This document shows positions 1 through 13,330 of a DNA stretch of 64,000 nt, in pieces. How positions within the stretch are numbered: position 1 is the first letter of the stretch; every line of letters starts with the position of its first letter. The translations under genes were made by a program, and so were the position numbers. The notes beneath the pieces were generated by a model that did no database searches, was not told the origin of the DNA, and saw only the letters and a list, made by a program, of their open reading frames with translations. Location of the stretch: contig NC_043021.1 in assembly GCF_006345805.1 (NCBI RefSeq), positions 18,042,001-18,106,000 of the forward strand, in the 5' to 3' direction. The DNA is from Octopus sinensis (Eukaryota).

Positions 1-834
1 ATGATTTCTAAATGCTAATTTTGGCAATGTGATGCCTCACCATTTTCTACTGATTACTTGACATTATCAAACATGGAGTAGTGGAAAGACAAATGTTTAT
101 ATTTTTCTTCTTTACTTGTCAGGAAGGAAAGTAATAAATTCTTCATGCAGTTGGAATCTAACTGTTACACATAAAAACATCTTCATTTACTAATAAACAT
201 TTCTATTTGCAATGCTGTGTTTTTGTATTAATTGATAAGATCAAAAAAATTACATCACCTGATATAAACTGGTTTTCTGCTTTCATAAAAACCTTTTAAT
301 GACTATTTTTAATGAAATAATGAAATACACTCCCTGTATGTTTGAATTGCTTTAAAGATAATGAAGAATTTAAAGAAACTTAGTAAAATTTGAAGAAATT
401 TAGTAAAATAACTAAATTCTTCATCTTCAGCTGCTGTTTTGAACATAACTTAAATCTTTATATAAAATTATACTGGGCAGTTTTAATTTAAATATGAACC
501 CTGTAAAAGAGGAAATTTTATATCATTGAACCAGAATTGATCCTAGGCAGGTCGGTGTCATCAGAGTTGCCTTAGTAACAAAATATGATTTCATTGCAAA
601 GGCAAAAATGTTTTTTGGAATATTTGTTTCCCAGGGTTTCCTTCACTTTAGATACACACTCCAGTCATTTGTTCAAGTATTTTCATGGTAACTTTTAGAG
701 TCTATGAAAGTTGCAATATTGTTACTGCATGCATTGAATTATGGAACAAGTTCCTCTTGGAAAATTACTATCTGCAAATCTCACAATGAGAGATATTCAG
801 CAACAGTACTTTGGAGTAAAGATTGTTTGCTAAC

Positions 835-1030
835 ATAACATGACAGTCCTGGTTTAGGACGAATGTTGCTGTAATTTAGCCCCAGGAGACATCGTCTCCA
901 GCTGGCTGTATGACACAATCTGTGTTCGAAAATATAAGGACACAGATCATGTTGTATAGCCAGCTGGCGATGATGTCTCCTGGGGCTAAATTGCAGCAAC
1001 ATTCGTCCTGAACCAGGACTATCATGTTAT
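835..1030. mobile_element. Fold-back MITE (~95-bp imperfect terminal inverted repeats, short spacer)
   Basis: ATAACATGACAGTCCTGGTTTAGGACGAATGTTGCTG... is mirrored by ...CAGCAACATTCGTCCTGAACCAGGACTATCATGTTAT; most mismatches are transitions. Confidence 0.8.
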
Positions 1031-2379
1031 TTTATTTATTTATCTAGTTTCAGCTCACGAGCTGTGGCCATGCTGGGGCACCACCATTTATTCCAAGTTC
1101 CTCTTGGTTTGCTCACTTGAACAAAAGTTGCATACACACACACACACACACAAATATATATATATATGGGCTGGTGATATTCCAGACATCCAATCCATTA
1201 GACAGACATGTGTTCTTTTGCTTGTAAAACTCTGAGTAATGGCCATATGCATGACATCAGCTGTCTGCATACAAATACAGACTCTGCATAATATATTGTA
1301 TGCTCTTTACTTTGTACACTGACATGTTTGAAATATCTTCACTATGTGAGATAGTAGATGTTTGACCACAGACTACATATGTCTATGAAGCGATCAGTGA
1401 GGGCCTCTCTGAAATGGAAGCCAGAGGTGAAGTAGACTTGTCAAGATTTGATGGAGGACTATAGAGCAGGACCTGGCAAATATGAGGGTTTTTTTTTTTT
1501 TTATCCCATCCATATCACTGGAGTTGTGTTCTAATGACTAAAATGACTTTACCACATTGCAATTGGTAATGTGAAATGTCAGATGGGGAAATGTTATTCT
1601 CAATTTCTTTAATGACAAAGTTATCTCAGATAAATGTGATTAAATTAATCTTTACATAAATCACAGAGATTTGGAGTGATGGTTTTTTTTGTTTTTTTTT
1701 TTACTCAGGTTTTTGTGATGTTAAGCAGATGAGATACAGTCCAATCGAGTAGAGGGTACTTATTGCTTTCAGGTGAATTCCCTTGAAGAGTATTATTTTA
1801 CACTCACACTGAATGAGATGAAACTAGCAAACAAGGGAGATTGCATGTAGTTGATCAACCTAGTAGAAAATCAACCAAAATATCCAGTGAAATCATGTCT
1901 GGATAATGTAGTCCTGGATACTCTTAGATATGGATGGTGGTCATGGCTGGAGTGCTTTTTGATTGTAAATCCAAGACAGATTCAAGGCTAAACTATAAGA
2001 TAAGGGGAATTGGTTGAGTCAACATAGATCATAAATTCAAATTAACCAGAGACATTTTCATTATGTCCCTATGCAGAACACATTGCCTACGTCCACCTAA
2101 ATTTATTGATGGAAGTTATTTAATTCACTTCTATTCATCAGTATTTTGAATGAAACATAGTTCAGTTTCAAACCCTTAACATGTTAAATAATCACAGAGT
2201 GCAGAAAGCTGTTCTGTCTGATATTAGGAAATCAAATAGAAGTTTCTGTTTGAGAAGCATTTAAATCTTTTATTGGATAATAAAATGCAATAATCTTCAG
2301 CCGAGGTGATAAAACTTAAACAATTTTAGCATCAGTTGTTGATAGCAGCTTCACATTTTCTAATATTTTCAGTATATTG

Positions 2380-2456
<77 letters not shown>

Positions 2457-3124
2457 TCTCACTCACACACACACACTCTCTCTCTCTCTCTCATTTTACA
2501 ACTAGTACTATGTGTAATACTTGTTACAGCTGCTGAAATACAGAAGCTATATGGCATCTATCAAGACCTTTCAAAGGAACGGTGGTAATTTAGGTATTAA
2601 AGAAGAAATACTTAATTAGTTGTCTGCAACTGCAGATTAACAATTGCCATGAGCTGGTTTATTGCATGATTTAAATATCTCAGTGCACACACTTCCTGCC
2701 ATGCTGCGTAATTTCTGTACATGTCATAACAGTTTTGGCGTCATTCACAGTTAATTGCACATTTAACAATTTCTTTGTTCAACATTAGAGGTTTCTTAAA
2801 GTTGAAATATTGAAGAAATTCCTGTGTTTTTTTTTGTTTTTTTTTCAAGTTTACTTTGTCAGATTGATTTTATTGCTTTTTTAAAAATATATATTTCAAC
2901 TAAATTACAATAACTTAATTTGAATTATATATTCAATTAACATGTTGTTGCTTAGCCATACGTCAGCCCTAAGTTGGTAAATCTATTGTGAAAGGCAATT
3001 TAGTCATGACTATTCTGCTGTGTTATCCAATTTGAGATACCCTTGTTGGTTTATCAATCTTTGTTTGTGTATTGTTGTTGTTTAGCCTAGAGCAAGAAAT
3101 AATTCAGCAGACCTATGATGAAAA

Positions 3125-3354
3125 GGTGGCGAGCTGGCAGAAACGTTAGCACGCTGGGCGAAATGCTTAGCGGTATTTCATCTGCCGTTACGTTCTGAGT
3201 TCAAATTACGCCGAGGTCGACTTTGCCTTTCGTCCTTTCGGGGGTCGATAAATTAAGTACCAGTTACGCACTGGGGGTGATGTAATTGACTTATTCCATT
3301 TGCCTGTCCTTGTTTGTCACCTCTGTTTAGCCCCTTGTGGGCAGTAAAGAAATA
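3125..3354 (+). mobile_element. tRNA-derived SINE, family A (GGCGAGCTGGCAGAA head)
   Basis: B-box-like GAGTTCAAATT, central GCCTTTCATCCTTTCGGGGTCGATAAATTAAGTACCAG-type block, AAAGAAATA end; 16-bp TSD AGACCTATGATGAAAA at 3109-3124 and 3355-3370. Confidence 0.9.
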
Positions 3355-3624
3355 AGACCTATGATGAAAAGGGTTTCAACTGTGACCATTCCACTATTCC
3401 TATTTTTTCTGAAATTGTGTGTCTTGAACCATATTATCAGACGTGTAATTTCTTTTCTAAGACTATGAGATGTGATTTGAGGGATATTTTGTTTCTATTT
3501 CTATTTGGTTGAACTACCACATAGAACAGTAGTAGTAGTAGTTGTCAACCTTTTTAATATCTGGGCCAAATTCAAAACCTAGATTTTTTTTAGGGAGCCA
3601 TGCCAAAAAAAAAAAAATTTTTTT

Positions 3625-3851
3625 TAACCCTTTAGCATTTAAACTGACTATATCCGACCCGAATATTCTACCCGTTTTATGTTCAAACCAGCTAGATCTG
3701 GTTTCTCACTCCTATCCTACAATATCAATCTAAATATGTACAATCATATCTTCAAAATCTCAAAGCTATGAGATAATACATGATTAAGTGAAAGAAATAT
3801 GAATAAATAAATGTTACATTTGGCAGAATAATTTGAACATGAAAGGGTTAA
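3625..3851. mobile_element. piggyBac-type MITE
   Basis: TTAA-CCCTTT ... AAAGGG-TTAA termini. Confidence 0.7.
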
Positions 3852-4287
3852 ACACACAATTTATATTTAAAAAGGGAAGACTGTCAGGGGCCGCTTGAAG
3901 GATGCTTGAGGGCTGCATGCTTCTTTCATTGGTTTGTGTGTATGTGTAGTTTTGCTCAGTAGTAATCAGTATATAGTTTCTTTTGAACCCCATAACTTTA
4001 GATTATCAAATACATGAAAGGCAGGGAGTAGTTCTGAAGATCCTCATTTTGAAGTAGTATATCTAGAGTAATGCAGCCTTGATGTGGTCTATCTTTATCC
4101 ACCCACAAAATTTAAATTTAGCAGGAAACATTTGTCAATTAGTCAATATTCCTGCTGCTTATACAGTTTTGGGCTCCTGCTGTGATCATTCTGTTTTTAT
4201 TGTTGGGTAGGTGCCTTTAGATTTGGGATCCCTAGCTTTAAAATAATAGGAAGTTTGTAAAGGAAGTTGATTTGGCTGCTATATTAA

Positions 4288-4518
4288 GGCGGCGAGCCGG
4301 CAGAAACGTTAGCAAGCCGGGCGAAATGCGTAGCCGTATTTCGTCTGTCATTACGTTCTGAGTTCAAATTCCGCCGAGGTTGACTTTGCCTTTCATCCTT
4401 TCGGGGTCGATAAATAAAGTACCTGTTTCGCACTGGGGTCGATGTAATCAACTTAAACCCTTTGTCTATTCTTGTTTGTCTCCTCTATGTTTAGCCCCTT
4501 GTGGGCAATAAAGAAATA
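4288..4518 (+). mobile_element. SINE family A
   Basis: Collinear with 3125-3354. Confidence 0.9.
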
Positions 4519-5574
4519 TATATTCAACCAGTCAGATGATAGCACAGAAACACCTATTCATGCCTTTTGGTTTAAAGAATTTATAACTTTCCTAAGCTTT
4601 ATGAATAACTGTGATAGGTATATGAAATATTGCCCCAGAATCGCGTGTAATATAACTCTGTCTTACTACTCTTCCAATTCGTTCTAGAGAATGGTAAAAA
4701 CTAAAACCAAGATTGTTTCTTTGACATTATTGAAATCTTGATATCTTGAATATTTCTTGCAAAATTGGTTGCTTGCAAGAAATATTGGAATTGATCTTTT
4801 ACAGCTGAATGCTTCTTCCTAAAACCAATTGCCCAACCATAACAATAGGTTTTATTAATAATTTATTTCACATCCATTTCTTAATGTTATTATTGAAGGA
4901 TGAAGATGGGGGAAATGTGTGTTTCAGTCTTTTGGTTTTTGCAAATTTGGACATTTGCTTATAAATCTTGAGAGCAAATTTTATATTTTTGTTTTATGAT
5001 TTGTAACAGTTGGCTACCTTTCCAACAACTGTTAACCTCTCAACCATGAAGTGCGAGTGCTACTTATTCTTTGGATAGACTGAGAGAGAGACAAGTGGAG
5101 TAATATGTATTCACTTGAGCACAACATGATGTAATTCTTGACTTTCTGCTATTGTGCACAATGGCCCAACCCAGAGCTATACTCTCTTTTTCTCTCTCTC
5201 TCTCTTCTGTCTGCCTGTCAGTCTCTCTCTGTTCCTCTCCTTCTCTTACTCTCTCTCTTCTTGAGATGGAAAAAAAGAATCGTTTTCATAAATACAATAT
5301 AGAATACCAAACTTTAATTGCAGTTGAACTTTTTCCCTATCTTTACATTGAACAAATCTAAAAAAAATCTCATCACAATTTGAGTGCTGCATTCAAGGAT
5401 TTACTCACTCAAACAAGTAAAAGATATATAAGAAGAGAGTTGGGAGTCAGAGACTAGATTATTATAAGTTTTGATGGTGTGAAACAGCTCTTGCATATTT
5501 TCAGAGCTTCAGGTTGTAAGTAACCAATTTCTTTGTCAAATGTTCTGATATTTTGTACTTTAGATCCAAATTAC

Positions 5575-5850
5575 TGCATTTGATATGTATATTAACACAT
5601 CTGATATCTATGTCCGAACAACTGATATCTGTATCATAATATTTGATACCTGCATCTCAATATTTGATAACATTTGATATCTATATCATAACATTTGATA
5701 TCAATATTCCAACATTTGATATCTACATCATTACTTTTGATAGTTGTATTCCAACATCTGATATCTATATCTCAATATTTGATATCTATATCCTACCATT
5801 TGATACCCATATCCCAAACCTTCCATCTATAGCCCAACATTTGACATCCA
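5575..5850. repeat. Degenerate ~21-bp minisatellite (CATTTGATATCTATATCNNAA-like)
   Basis: TTTGATATCTA/TCTGATATCT recurs about every 21 bp; explains the periodic ORF 5643-5918. Confidence 0.85.
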
Positions 5851-6065
5851 TGTCGTTTCTTTCATTCCTCTTGAATAAAAAGAACTTCGAGAACAAGTCA
5901 CCTCTTGCAAAGGTCTGAATCGGAATTTTAATTTCTAACCTTGTTAGCAGCCAATTACTGATGCACTTACTGACCTCTGTGCCAGCTCAGCTGTTTTTCC
6001 GTTGAGTGCATAGATCTGCAAGCTGCCGACGTTGAAATAGCTGCAGTCTGACAACCACTGTGGAG

Positions 6066-6096
<31 letters not shown>

Positions 6097-6454
6097 ATTC
6101 CGTGCACTGCTCATATTCTGACTGCATCATCAATCCTAATGAGACGGTGTTAAATGTAATGCTAATTATATTAGTTGACAGTTTGAGATGTAGCTGTGTG
6201 TCTCTTGTGTGGGATTCAGCTTCAGAAACACAACTGATTTGGCTGTGAATTATTGATCTGAAGACTCTTTAAACCCGCCATTAGCTTTGTCAGCATCACC
6301 TTGTCTGGGAGAACTTGTATCAAAACATTCAAAATTACAAACCTTGCCACAAACCTGAACCAATCCTTTTATGTTGTTGCACCTTTTCATTTAAAAAGGA
6401 AATGGTGCAACAACAACACATTCACACAAGTACACACAAATAAAATACGTGAAA

Positions 6455-7140
6455 GTCCATGGCTCAGTGGTTAGGGTGTTGCACTCAAGGTTGCAAGATT
6501 CTTTTATTCTTTTACTTGTTTCAGTCATTTTTGACTGTGGCCATGCTGGAGCACCGTCTTTTTAATCGAAGAAATCAACCCCTGGACTTAATATTTGTAA
6601 GCTTGGTACTTATTCTATTGGTCTCTTTTGCCAAACCATTAAGTTATGGAGACCTAAACACACCAACATCAGTTGTCAAGCGATGGGGGGGGGAGCAAAC
6701 AGACACAAACACACAAATATATACATTATATATATATATATATCCTACGGGCTTCTTTCAGTTTCCGTCTACCAAATCCACTCACAAGGCTTTGGTTGGC
6801 CTGAGACTATAGTACAAGATACTTGCCCAAGGTGCCACGCAGTGGGACTGAACCCAGAACCATGTGGTTAGGAAGCAAGCTTCTTACTACACAGCCACAC
6901 CTATGAATTCAATTCTGAGACCAGAGGTGCATTGTGTTCTTGAGCAAAACACTTCCTTTCATGTTACTGCAGTCCATTCAGCTGTAAATGGGTGACCCCT
7001 GTGACGTATTGGCATTCTGTTCAAGGGGGTTGTTTGACTGCCTTCCTAGCCAGGAGGGTGGCATCATTCAAAAGCTACAATGCAAGGAAGCATACTGTGA
7101 CTGCATCTAGTAATCTAGTCCATATAGGACTCACAGAGGG
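6455..7140 (+). mobile_element. Old tRNA-headed SINE interrupted by a family B SINE
   Basis: A-box head TGGCTCAGTGGTTAGGG at ~6460; body resumes after ~6903 (TTCTTGAGCAAAACACTT...CAGCTGTAAATGGGT). Confidence 0.55.
6503..6902 (-). mobile_element. SINE family B (GTGGCTGTGTGGTAAG head, internal TA/CA microsatellite)
   Basis: Reverse complement of the 23393-23806 copy. Confidence 0.9.
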
Positions 7141-7159
7141 GATGACAGGGACCAAGACT

Positions 7160-7715
7160 TCTGGCAGTTTGTTGTGCTTGAAAAGACATGTCAAGCTAAG
7201 TAAAATTGTGGTTGTCCTTGCATACCGACTCGTCCCCTTGCATCTCTCTTCAGCTGAACATCTCTAATTTCACAGGCTCATAGTTGCAGGTACCATGTGA
7301 AAAGCACCTGTGCCAGTGCTGTGTAAAAGCACCCAGTACACTCTTTAAAGTGGTTGGTGTTAGGAAGGGCATCCAGCCATAGAAACCATGCCAAAATAGA
7401 CAACTGGAGCTAGACACAGCCCCACAGCTGGTCAACTCCTGTCAAACCTATTTCTTTACTACCCACAAGGGGCTAAACAAGGACAGACACACGGATTAAG
7501 TCGATTACATCGACCCCAGTGCGTAACTGGTGCTTATTTAATCGACCCCGAAAGGATGAAAGGCAAAGTCGACCTCGGCGGAATTTGAACTCAGAACGTA
7601 ATGGCAGACGAAATACAGCTACGTATTTCGCCCGGCGTGCTAACGTTTCTGCCAGCTTGCTGCTGTCAAACCATCCAACTCATGCCAGCATGGAAAATGG
7701 ACATTAAATAATGAT
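7160..7715 (+). mobile_element. Retroposon family D (AGGAAGGGCATCCAGCC core, GAT-repeat tail) with nested SINE A
   Basis: Shares core and CATGCCAGCATGGAAAA...TTAAAT(GAT)n end with 53510-53700 and 63483-63748. Confidence 0.7.
7449..7662 (-). mobile_element. SINE family A
   Basis: Reverse copy; 10-bp TSD CTGTCAAACC at 7439-7448 and 7663-7672. Confidence 0.9.
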
Positions 7716-7993
7716 GGTTTAGTCAGGGAGTGGGTGGGGGAAGGACAGCCTGCATCAAATCTTGCAACTGCAGATTGTGCCAAAAAGGCTATTTCTGCTC
7801 AACCTGTGAGAAATGGCAGGTGGGTCTCTCTTAAATGACATTCTGCTGTTATGCCAATAGTGGCACTCATGGGTTCATGTAGTCCTGGTTAGAAATACTG
7901 GACATGATATACTATGCCAATGCTGAAATATGAACCTGCAGCACTTCAGTTGAAATGCCAATGCTTTATGCATTCAGCCATTGTAACACCTCG

Positions 7994-8426
7994 GTTCTTG
8001 GTCTCAAGCATTTGTCTTATGAAGAAAGGCTGAAGACGCTCGACCTTTGTTCTCTAGAAAAACAATGACGCTGTGGTGATCTCATTCTTGCTCACAACAT
8101 CATAAGCGGAAAGTGTAACCTCTCGAAAGAGCTGTTCTTCACTTCTGCTCCAGAGCGTCGGCTCTGGGGTCACTCCGCAAAGCTCTATCTGCGACGATTT
8201 CATCTCAATCGAAGGAGAGGGGTTTTCTCCGTCCAGGTTGCGGATCCGTGGAATAAGCTGCCGAACGAGATAGTGAAGATGCCAACAACCGCTCGGTTCA
8301 AAGTCTCCCTCGACCAGAAATGGTCTGAACTCTTTGCATGAACACCACCCTGTACATAACTCCATGTCCCCCTACATGGCCTTGCTTTTTGCTTTTTGAG
8401 CCAAAAAATTAACTTAACTTAACTTA
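7994..8426 (+). mobile_element. CR1-clade LINE 3' end (5'-truncated, inactivated ORF2)
   Basis: Frame from 7994 reads VLGLKHLSYEERLKTLDLCSLEKQ*RCGDLILAHNII...GHSAKLYLRRFHLNRRRGVFSVQVADPWNKLPNEIV...FKVSLDQKW, typical of the CR1 ORF2 C-terminus; stop at 8339-8341; (AACTT)n tail. Confidence 0.9.
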
Positions 8427-8952
8427 CAAACTAGAGCTTTTTATTTTGGCTCCAGATGGGTATAGCTTAGGGATGCATATCGCAAGTAAAATGTATGTGT
8501 GTGAGGGATTCACAGGAACCAGTAAAGAAAAAACCTTTACATACTTGCCCAATCTGTCAGAAAAATGCTTAAAAAGAGAATGGCACATTGGATGTGATGT
8601 AAGATATAAGCAGGTCATAGAGCATCTTTGATCACTGGGGAAATGAAGAATTGGAGAAAAGTAGGGATTGGTGTGTGGAAGTAGATACAAACAGTTAATA
8701 TCTTTTACTTGTTTCAGTCATTGGACTATGGCCATGCTGGGGCCCTGCCTTGAAGAGTTTTAGTTAAGTAAATCGACCTCAGTGCTTGGTTTTTGTAACA
8801 CTTGTACTTATTGGCATCTTTCTGTTTTGAATATATTTATTTTCTTGTGAGAAGGAAAACTGGAAGTTCAACATTTCGAGTAGAAGCATTCGTCAGATTG
8901 AAACGGAAAGTTTACTGATGGTACTAGATGATAAATAAATACACTGGATGTA

Positions 8953-8995
<43 letters not shown>

Positions 8996-9008
8996 GGAGA
9001 GACTGATA

Positions 9009-9236
9009 GACGGCGAACTGGCAGAAACGTTAGCATGCCGGGCGAAATGCGTAGCCGTATTTCGTCTGCCGTTACGTTCTGAGTTCAAATTCCGCCGAGG
9101 TCGACTTTGCCTTTCATCCTTACGGGGTTGATTAAATAAGTACCAGTTACGCACTAGGGTCGACTTTATCCGTTTGTCTGTCTGTCCTTGTTTGTCCCCC
9201 TCTGTGTTTAGCCCCTTGTGGGTAGTAAAGAAATAG
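9009..9236 (+). mobile_element. SINE family A
   Basis: Collinear with other copies. Confidence 0.9.
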
Positions 9237-9237
9237 A

Positions 9238-9466
9238 TAAACCCTTTCGTTACTGTATTTATTTTGAGATGTTCTGTGTTTCTTTCAATTATTTTAAATA
9301 TAACAAAGAATTTAGTAAAATATCTTAGTTATCATTAAGCTAGTGTTAGGAGCATAAATTGTGACTAAGGTTTGGTGGAAGATTTTTATTCAAAACTTAT
9401 GAAAACAAGACCTTTGTACTACAGAGCCAGACCCGGTTTTGGCCGGGTTGGTATCGAAAGGGTTAA
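9238..9466 (-). mobile_element. piggyBac-type MITE (same family as 36954-37665)
   Basis: AACCCTTTCGTTAC ... GTATCGAAAGGGTTAA termini; body is the reverse complement of the 37-kb units. Confidence 0.85.
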
Positions 9467-10292
9467 CGGTGCGTAAACAAGGGGAAACAAGTGTTAACGG
9501 GTTGGGGCTGGCATTGGTGGGAACACGATGAGGAAACCAAGAATTTGCGGCAGATTTGAGGAAGAGAAAAAAAAAAAAGAGAAAAAAAAAACGGATCATA
9601 GATCTTAGAACTGGCTCGGAACTAAATGACACCGACGACAACAACAACAACAACAACAAAGGCGCGGGGGGGGGCGGGGCGGGCGGTCACCAGCTTCCGC
9701 ACATCCAAGAAAGTACACTTGATCATTGTTGCAGAACTAAGTACTGACTGCACATAACAACCCTAAAAAGGGGGGCTCAGCAGGTTTATGTTTAGTTAGT
9801 TAAAGAAGCACTCTTCAGAGAACGAACGGCCGGGTGATTAAGCATCGATAAGAGAGAGAACCATGTCTACTTGCTCCCCACCCTCCTCCTCCCCCTGTCT
9901 AATTAATCAAACAATTGTCTCTTTCTCCAACCTTAATGAAGAAGACGCGTTTCCTCATTAGCGATATCAAATTCCTTCCTGGATGTGGACTTTAAACCGT
10001 TCAGATGTTTGAGAAAGGTTTTTATTTATCTATCTTATATATCAAGTTTACTCGGGGTAGGGTTGCAGTGAGAGGAGAGAGATTAATGAGGTTGAACGTC
10101 AATGTTGTAAGATCGTCGACGTGGGCGGAGGTGAGGAATTTCCAGACTTTTGAGGTACAACGTTCAGTTCTAAAAGATGATAACTAGGTTTTCACTGGTT
10201 CTCTTCTCATCTCCTCCCTTTTCATTTCGCCGTTTGTGCGTGTGTTTGCTTGTCTACAAGAATAGCCCCCCCCCTCCACTTCCCTTTTATTC

Positions 10293-10323
<31 letters not shown>

Positions 10324-12284
10324 CTCTCACCGCTCCCTTACACTATGCTAATTACCAGGAATACTACTCCCCCTCCCTCGTGTTTTTACTCCAGCAATCA
10401 CCACAAAGGAAGAAGTGGCTGACAAGTGATGACGATGATGCTGCTGCTGCTGATGATGATGATGATGTTTCATTCCACTAATCCTCCCTTTGCTGCTGCT
10501 GCTGTGAATTGCCAATCTTTCAACCATACCCCCCCCCCACGACCGCTTACCACCAACTTTACCCTCACCCGTATCACGACATCGTCGTCGACCACCATCA
10601 CCACCACCACCACCACCACCACCATTACTGGAATCTCCACTCTACCATTACCATTGTCACACCAGTGCACCCACCACTCCACCACATCGTAACTACCTGG
10701 ACTATAACCATCACCAAACTCAATCCTACCAACACAATCCAGTTATCACCACAACCCCTTCATCACCACCATCATCACCCCACTCCCCAGTGGAAAATAA
10801 AAGAAATCCTCAACATCAGGCTGCTATTATTGTTATTATTATAGCACTTACCTCTACAGAACAACCACCAAAGCACGCCGTGCTTCTACCCACCACTACT
10901 ACAGACCTTCCCACCACTTAGTCCGACACCAGTGTCCCCTACTCTCGCCATCGCCGTCTTACCACGTTGCGACTGATCAGCAAAGAGGCAAGAGAAAATA
11001 AATAAATAAATAAAAAATATCCCCCCCATCCCAAACCAAACCCCGTGGCATCTTCCTTGCTTGATAGGAAGCTTAACTGACGGACAAACCACCCAACTGC
11101 CCGCCCGTATCCCATCTCCCACCCACCACACTTCCATTGACTTGCCAACCTCACGGAATTCTTCATATTACAAATATCTGCCCACTTACAGCGTCACCCC
11201 CCTTTCCTCACCGACCCCCTCTCCTCCCCTTTCTCTCTGTCGTTCTCATCCAGTCTCTCCTTTTCTCTCACTCACTCACAAATCTTTAGTTTATTAGTTT
11301 CCTTCCCCCTTAATCCTCGCCCCCTTTTCGTTGCTGTTTCCTGCCAGCTTCATCCCCGCCCTTCTCCTTCAACTCCGTCGTTGCACACCATTCTCCGTCC
11401 GTCCGTCCCTCCATCCATCCATCCATCCTTTCCCATTCCATGTTCTAGAAAGACCGATCTGATACATCATTATTGACGGTACAGTTTTAAATAAACATTA
11501 AACTTAATTCTATACACTATTTATTTATCGAATAAACATTTTTAACAATGTGTTTTTCCTTCTCCGCGGAGACGATAGAAGCGGCGACGAGGTGGGGGGT
11601 GGAGACTAGAGGCCGGAGAGAGAGAGAGAAATGTGATGTTAGAATGTTCATACCTTTTTCATGGTCGTCACAAGTGTGACATAAATTTAATATTAGTTTT
11701 AAAAAAAATTAGTGTTACATCACCTCCGCCACTAACACTAATCCATCACATGCCGACACCACCACCACCACCACTACCACATTAACAACACCACTTCGCT
11801 ACACCATCACAAACTACTAGAAATAGTAACCGAATCACCCTCAAATCACCTCTTACCATCTTGAAAAAGGAAGGACATTTTGTTTTTTTATTGTGTAGTC
11901 CTAGATACTCAACGCCTAAGAAAACGGAATGGCCATGGACGGAACTCCTTATTTAGTCAGAATTGACCCCAACCTAAACAACCACTACATTAATCGACCA
12001 CTACCACACCACACCACACCACACCACACCACCGCACCACCACAGTATACTAAGTACTAACTCAGTATACTAGTACCACCATACCATACCATACCATACC
12101 ATACCAGTTCCAGCACGTTGTTCCACCACACCAATACCAGCGCCATCACAACACCGCCACATAATTTGTTTGCTTGTTTTTAGCCTATTAAATGTTCCAA
12201 TCATATACTGCGCCGTTGAAAAACAATAGAATGAGGTGTTTCGTAGATGGGTTGACCTGTGTTTATTTAGAAACATAAAAACAA

Positions 12285-12317
<33 letters not shown>

Positions 12318-12559
12318 AAAGAAAGAAAAAACACACAGAAAGCAGCAAGCCATCCCAAGCCATATTGCCTCTATCTACCCCCCAATTAAGTGGCTTAGAG
12401 CAGTCAAGTCAGCCAGTGCCCCTCTGCTTTTCTTTACGGCGCATTATCCATTTCCCTTCAAACACAAACCGCAGCGTAACAATTTACTATTCACTTACAC
12501 TGGAATTTTTTTAATTCATTTCCCGTGAAATAAAAGTGTGTGTGTACGTGCGCGCGTGT

Positions 12560-12619
12560 ATGTATGTATGTATGTATGAAAGCGCGCGCCGCGTGTATAA
12601 TAAGTATTGTACATGTGTT

Positions 12620-12670
<51 letters not shown>

Positions 12671-12821
12671 GTGTATATATAAAAGTCAACTGCAAACATA
12701 CACGTGCTATTATATACATAACATTACAATATATATTTATTGGAAAGTAATGTTAGAATAGATTATAGTGTTCAGATAGCTTCGAACATGTGTGTGTATG
12801 TATGTATGTATGTATGTATGT

Positions 12822-12856
<35 letters not shown>

Positions 12857-13330
12857 AAAGCGCGCGCCGCGTGTATAATAAGTATTGTACATGTGTTTGA
12901 TATGTATATATGTAGAGGCGCAATGGCCTAGTGGTTAGGGCAGCGGACTCGCGGTCGCAGGATCGCGGTTTCGATTCTCAGACTGGGCGTTGTGTGTGTT
13001 TATTGAGCGAAAACACCTAAAAGCTCTACGAGGCTCCGGCAGGGGGTGGTGATCCCTGCTGTACTCTTTCACCACAATGGCGGTGCCCCAGCATGGCCAC
13101 AGCTCAAGAGCTGAAACTGGAAAAACAAAAAAAAACAAAAAAAAAAAATATATATATATGTGTATATATAAAAGTCAACTGCAAACATACACGTGCTATT
13201 ATATACATAACATTACAATATATATTTATTGGAAAGTAATGTTAGAATAGATTATAGTGTTCAGATAGCTTCGAACATGTGTGTGTATGTATGTATGTAT
13301 GTGTGTATGTGTGTATGTATGTATGTGTGT
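12560..13330. repeat. Local tandem duplication (~280-bp unit) with a SINE inserted in the second copy
   Basis: GAAAGCGCGCGCCGCGTGTATAATAAG at ~12578 and ~12856; AAAAGTCAACTGCAAAC...TTCGAACATG at ~12680 and ~13170. Confidence 0.9.
12916..13148 (+). mobile_element. SINE with family C tRNA-like head, family B-like 3' end and A-rich tail
   Basis: A box TGGCCTAGTGG and B box GTTTCGATTC; ends GGCGGTGCCCCAGCATGGCCACAGCTC..GCTGAAAC plus A-rich tail. Confidence 0.85.

Noticed and set aside
10426-10844. Poly-His / poly-Thr / poly-Met ORFs
   Set aside because: Translations of (CAC)n and (GAT)n microsatellites; no splice sites or domain
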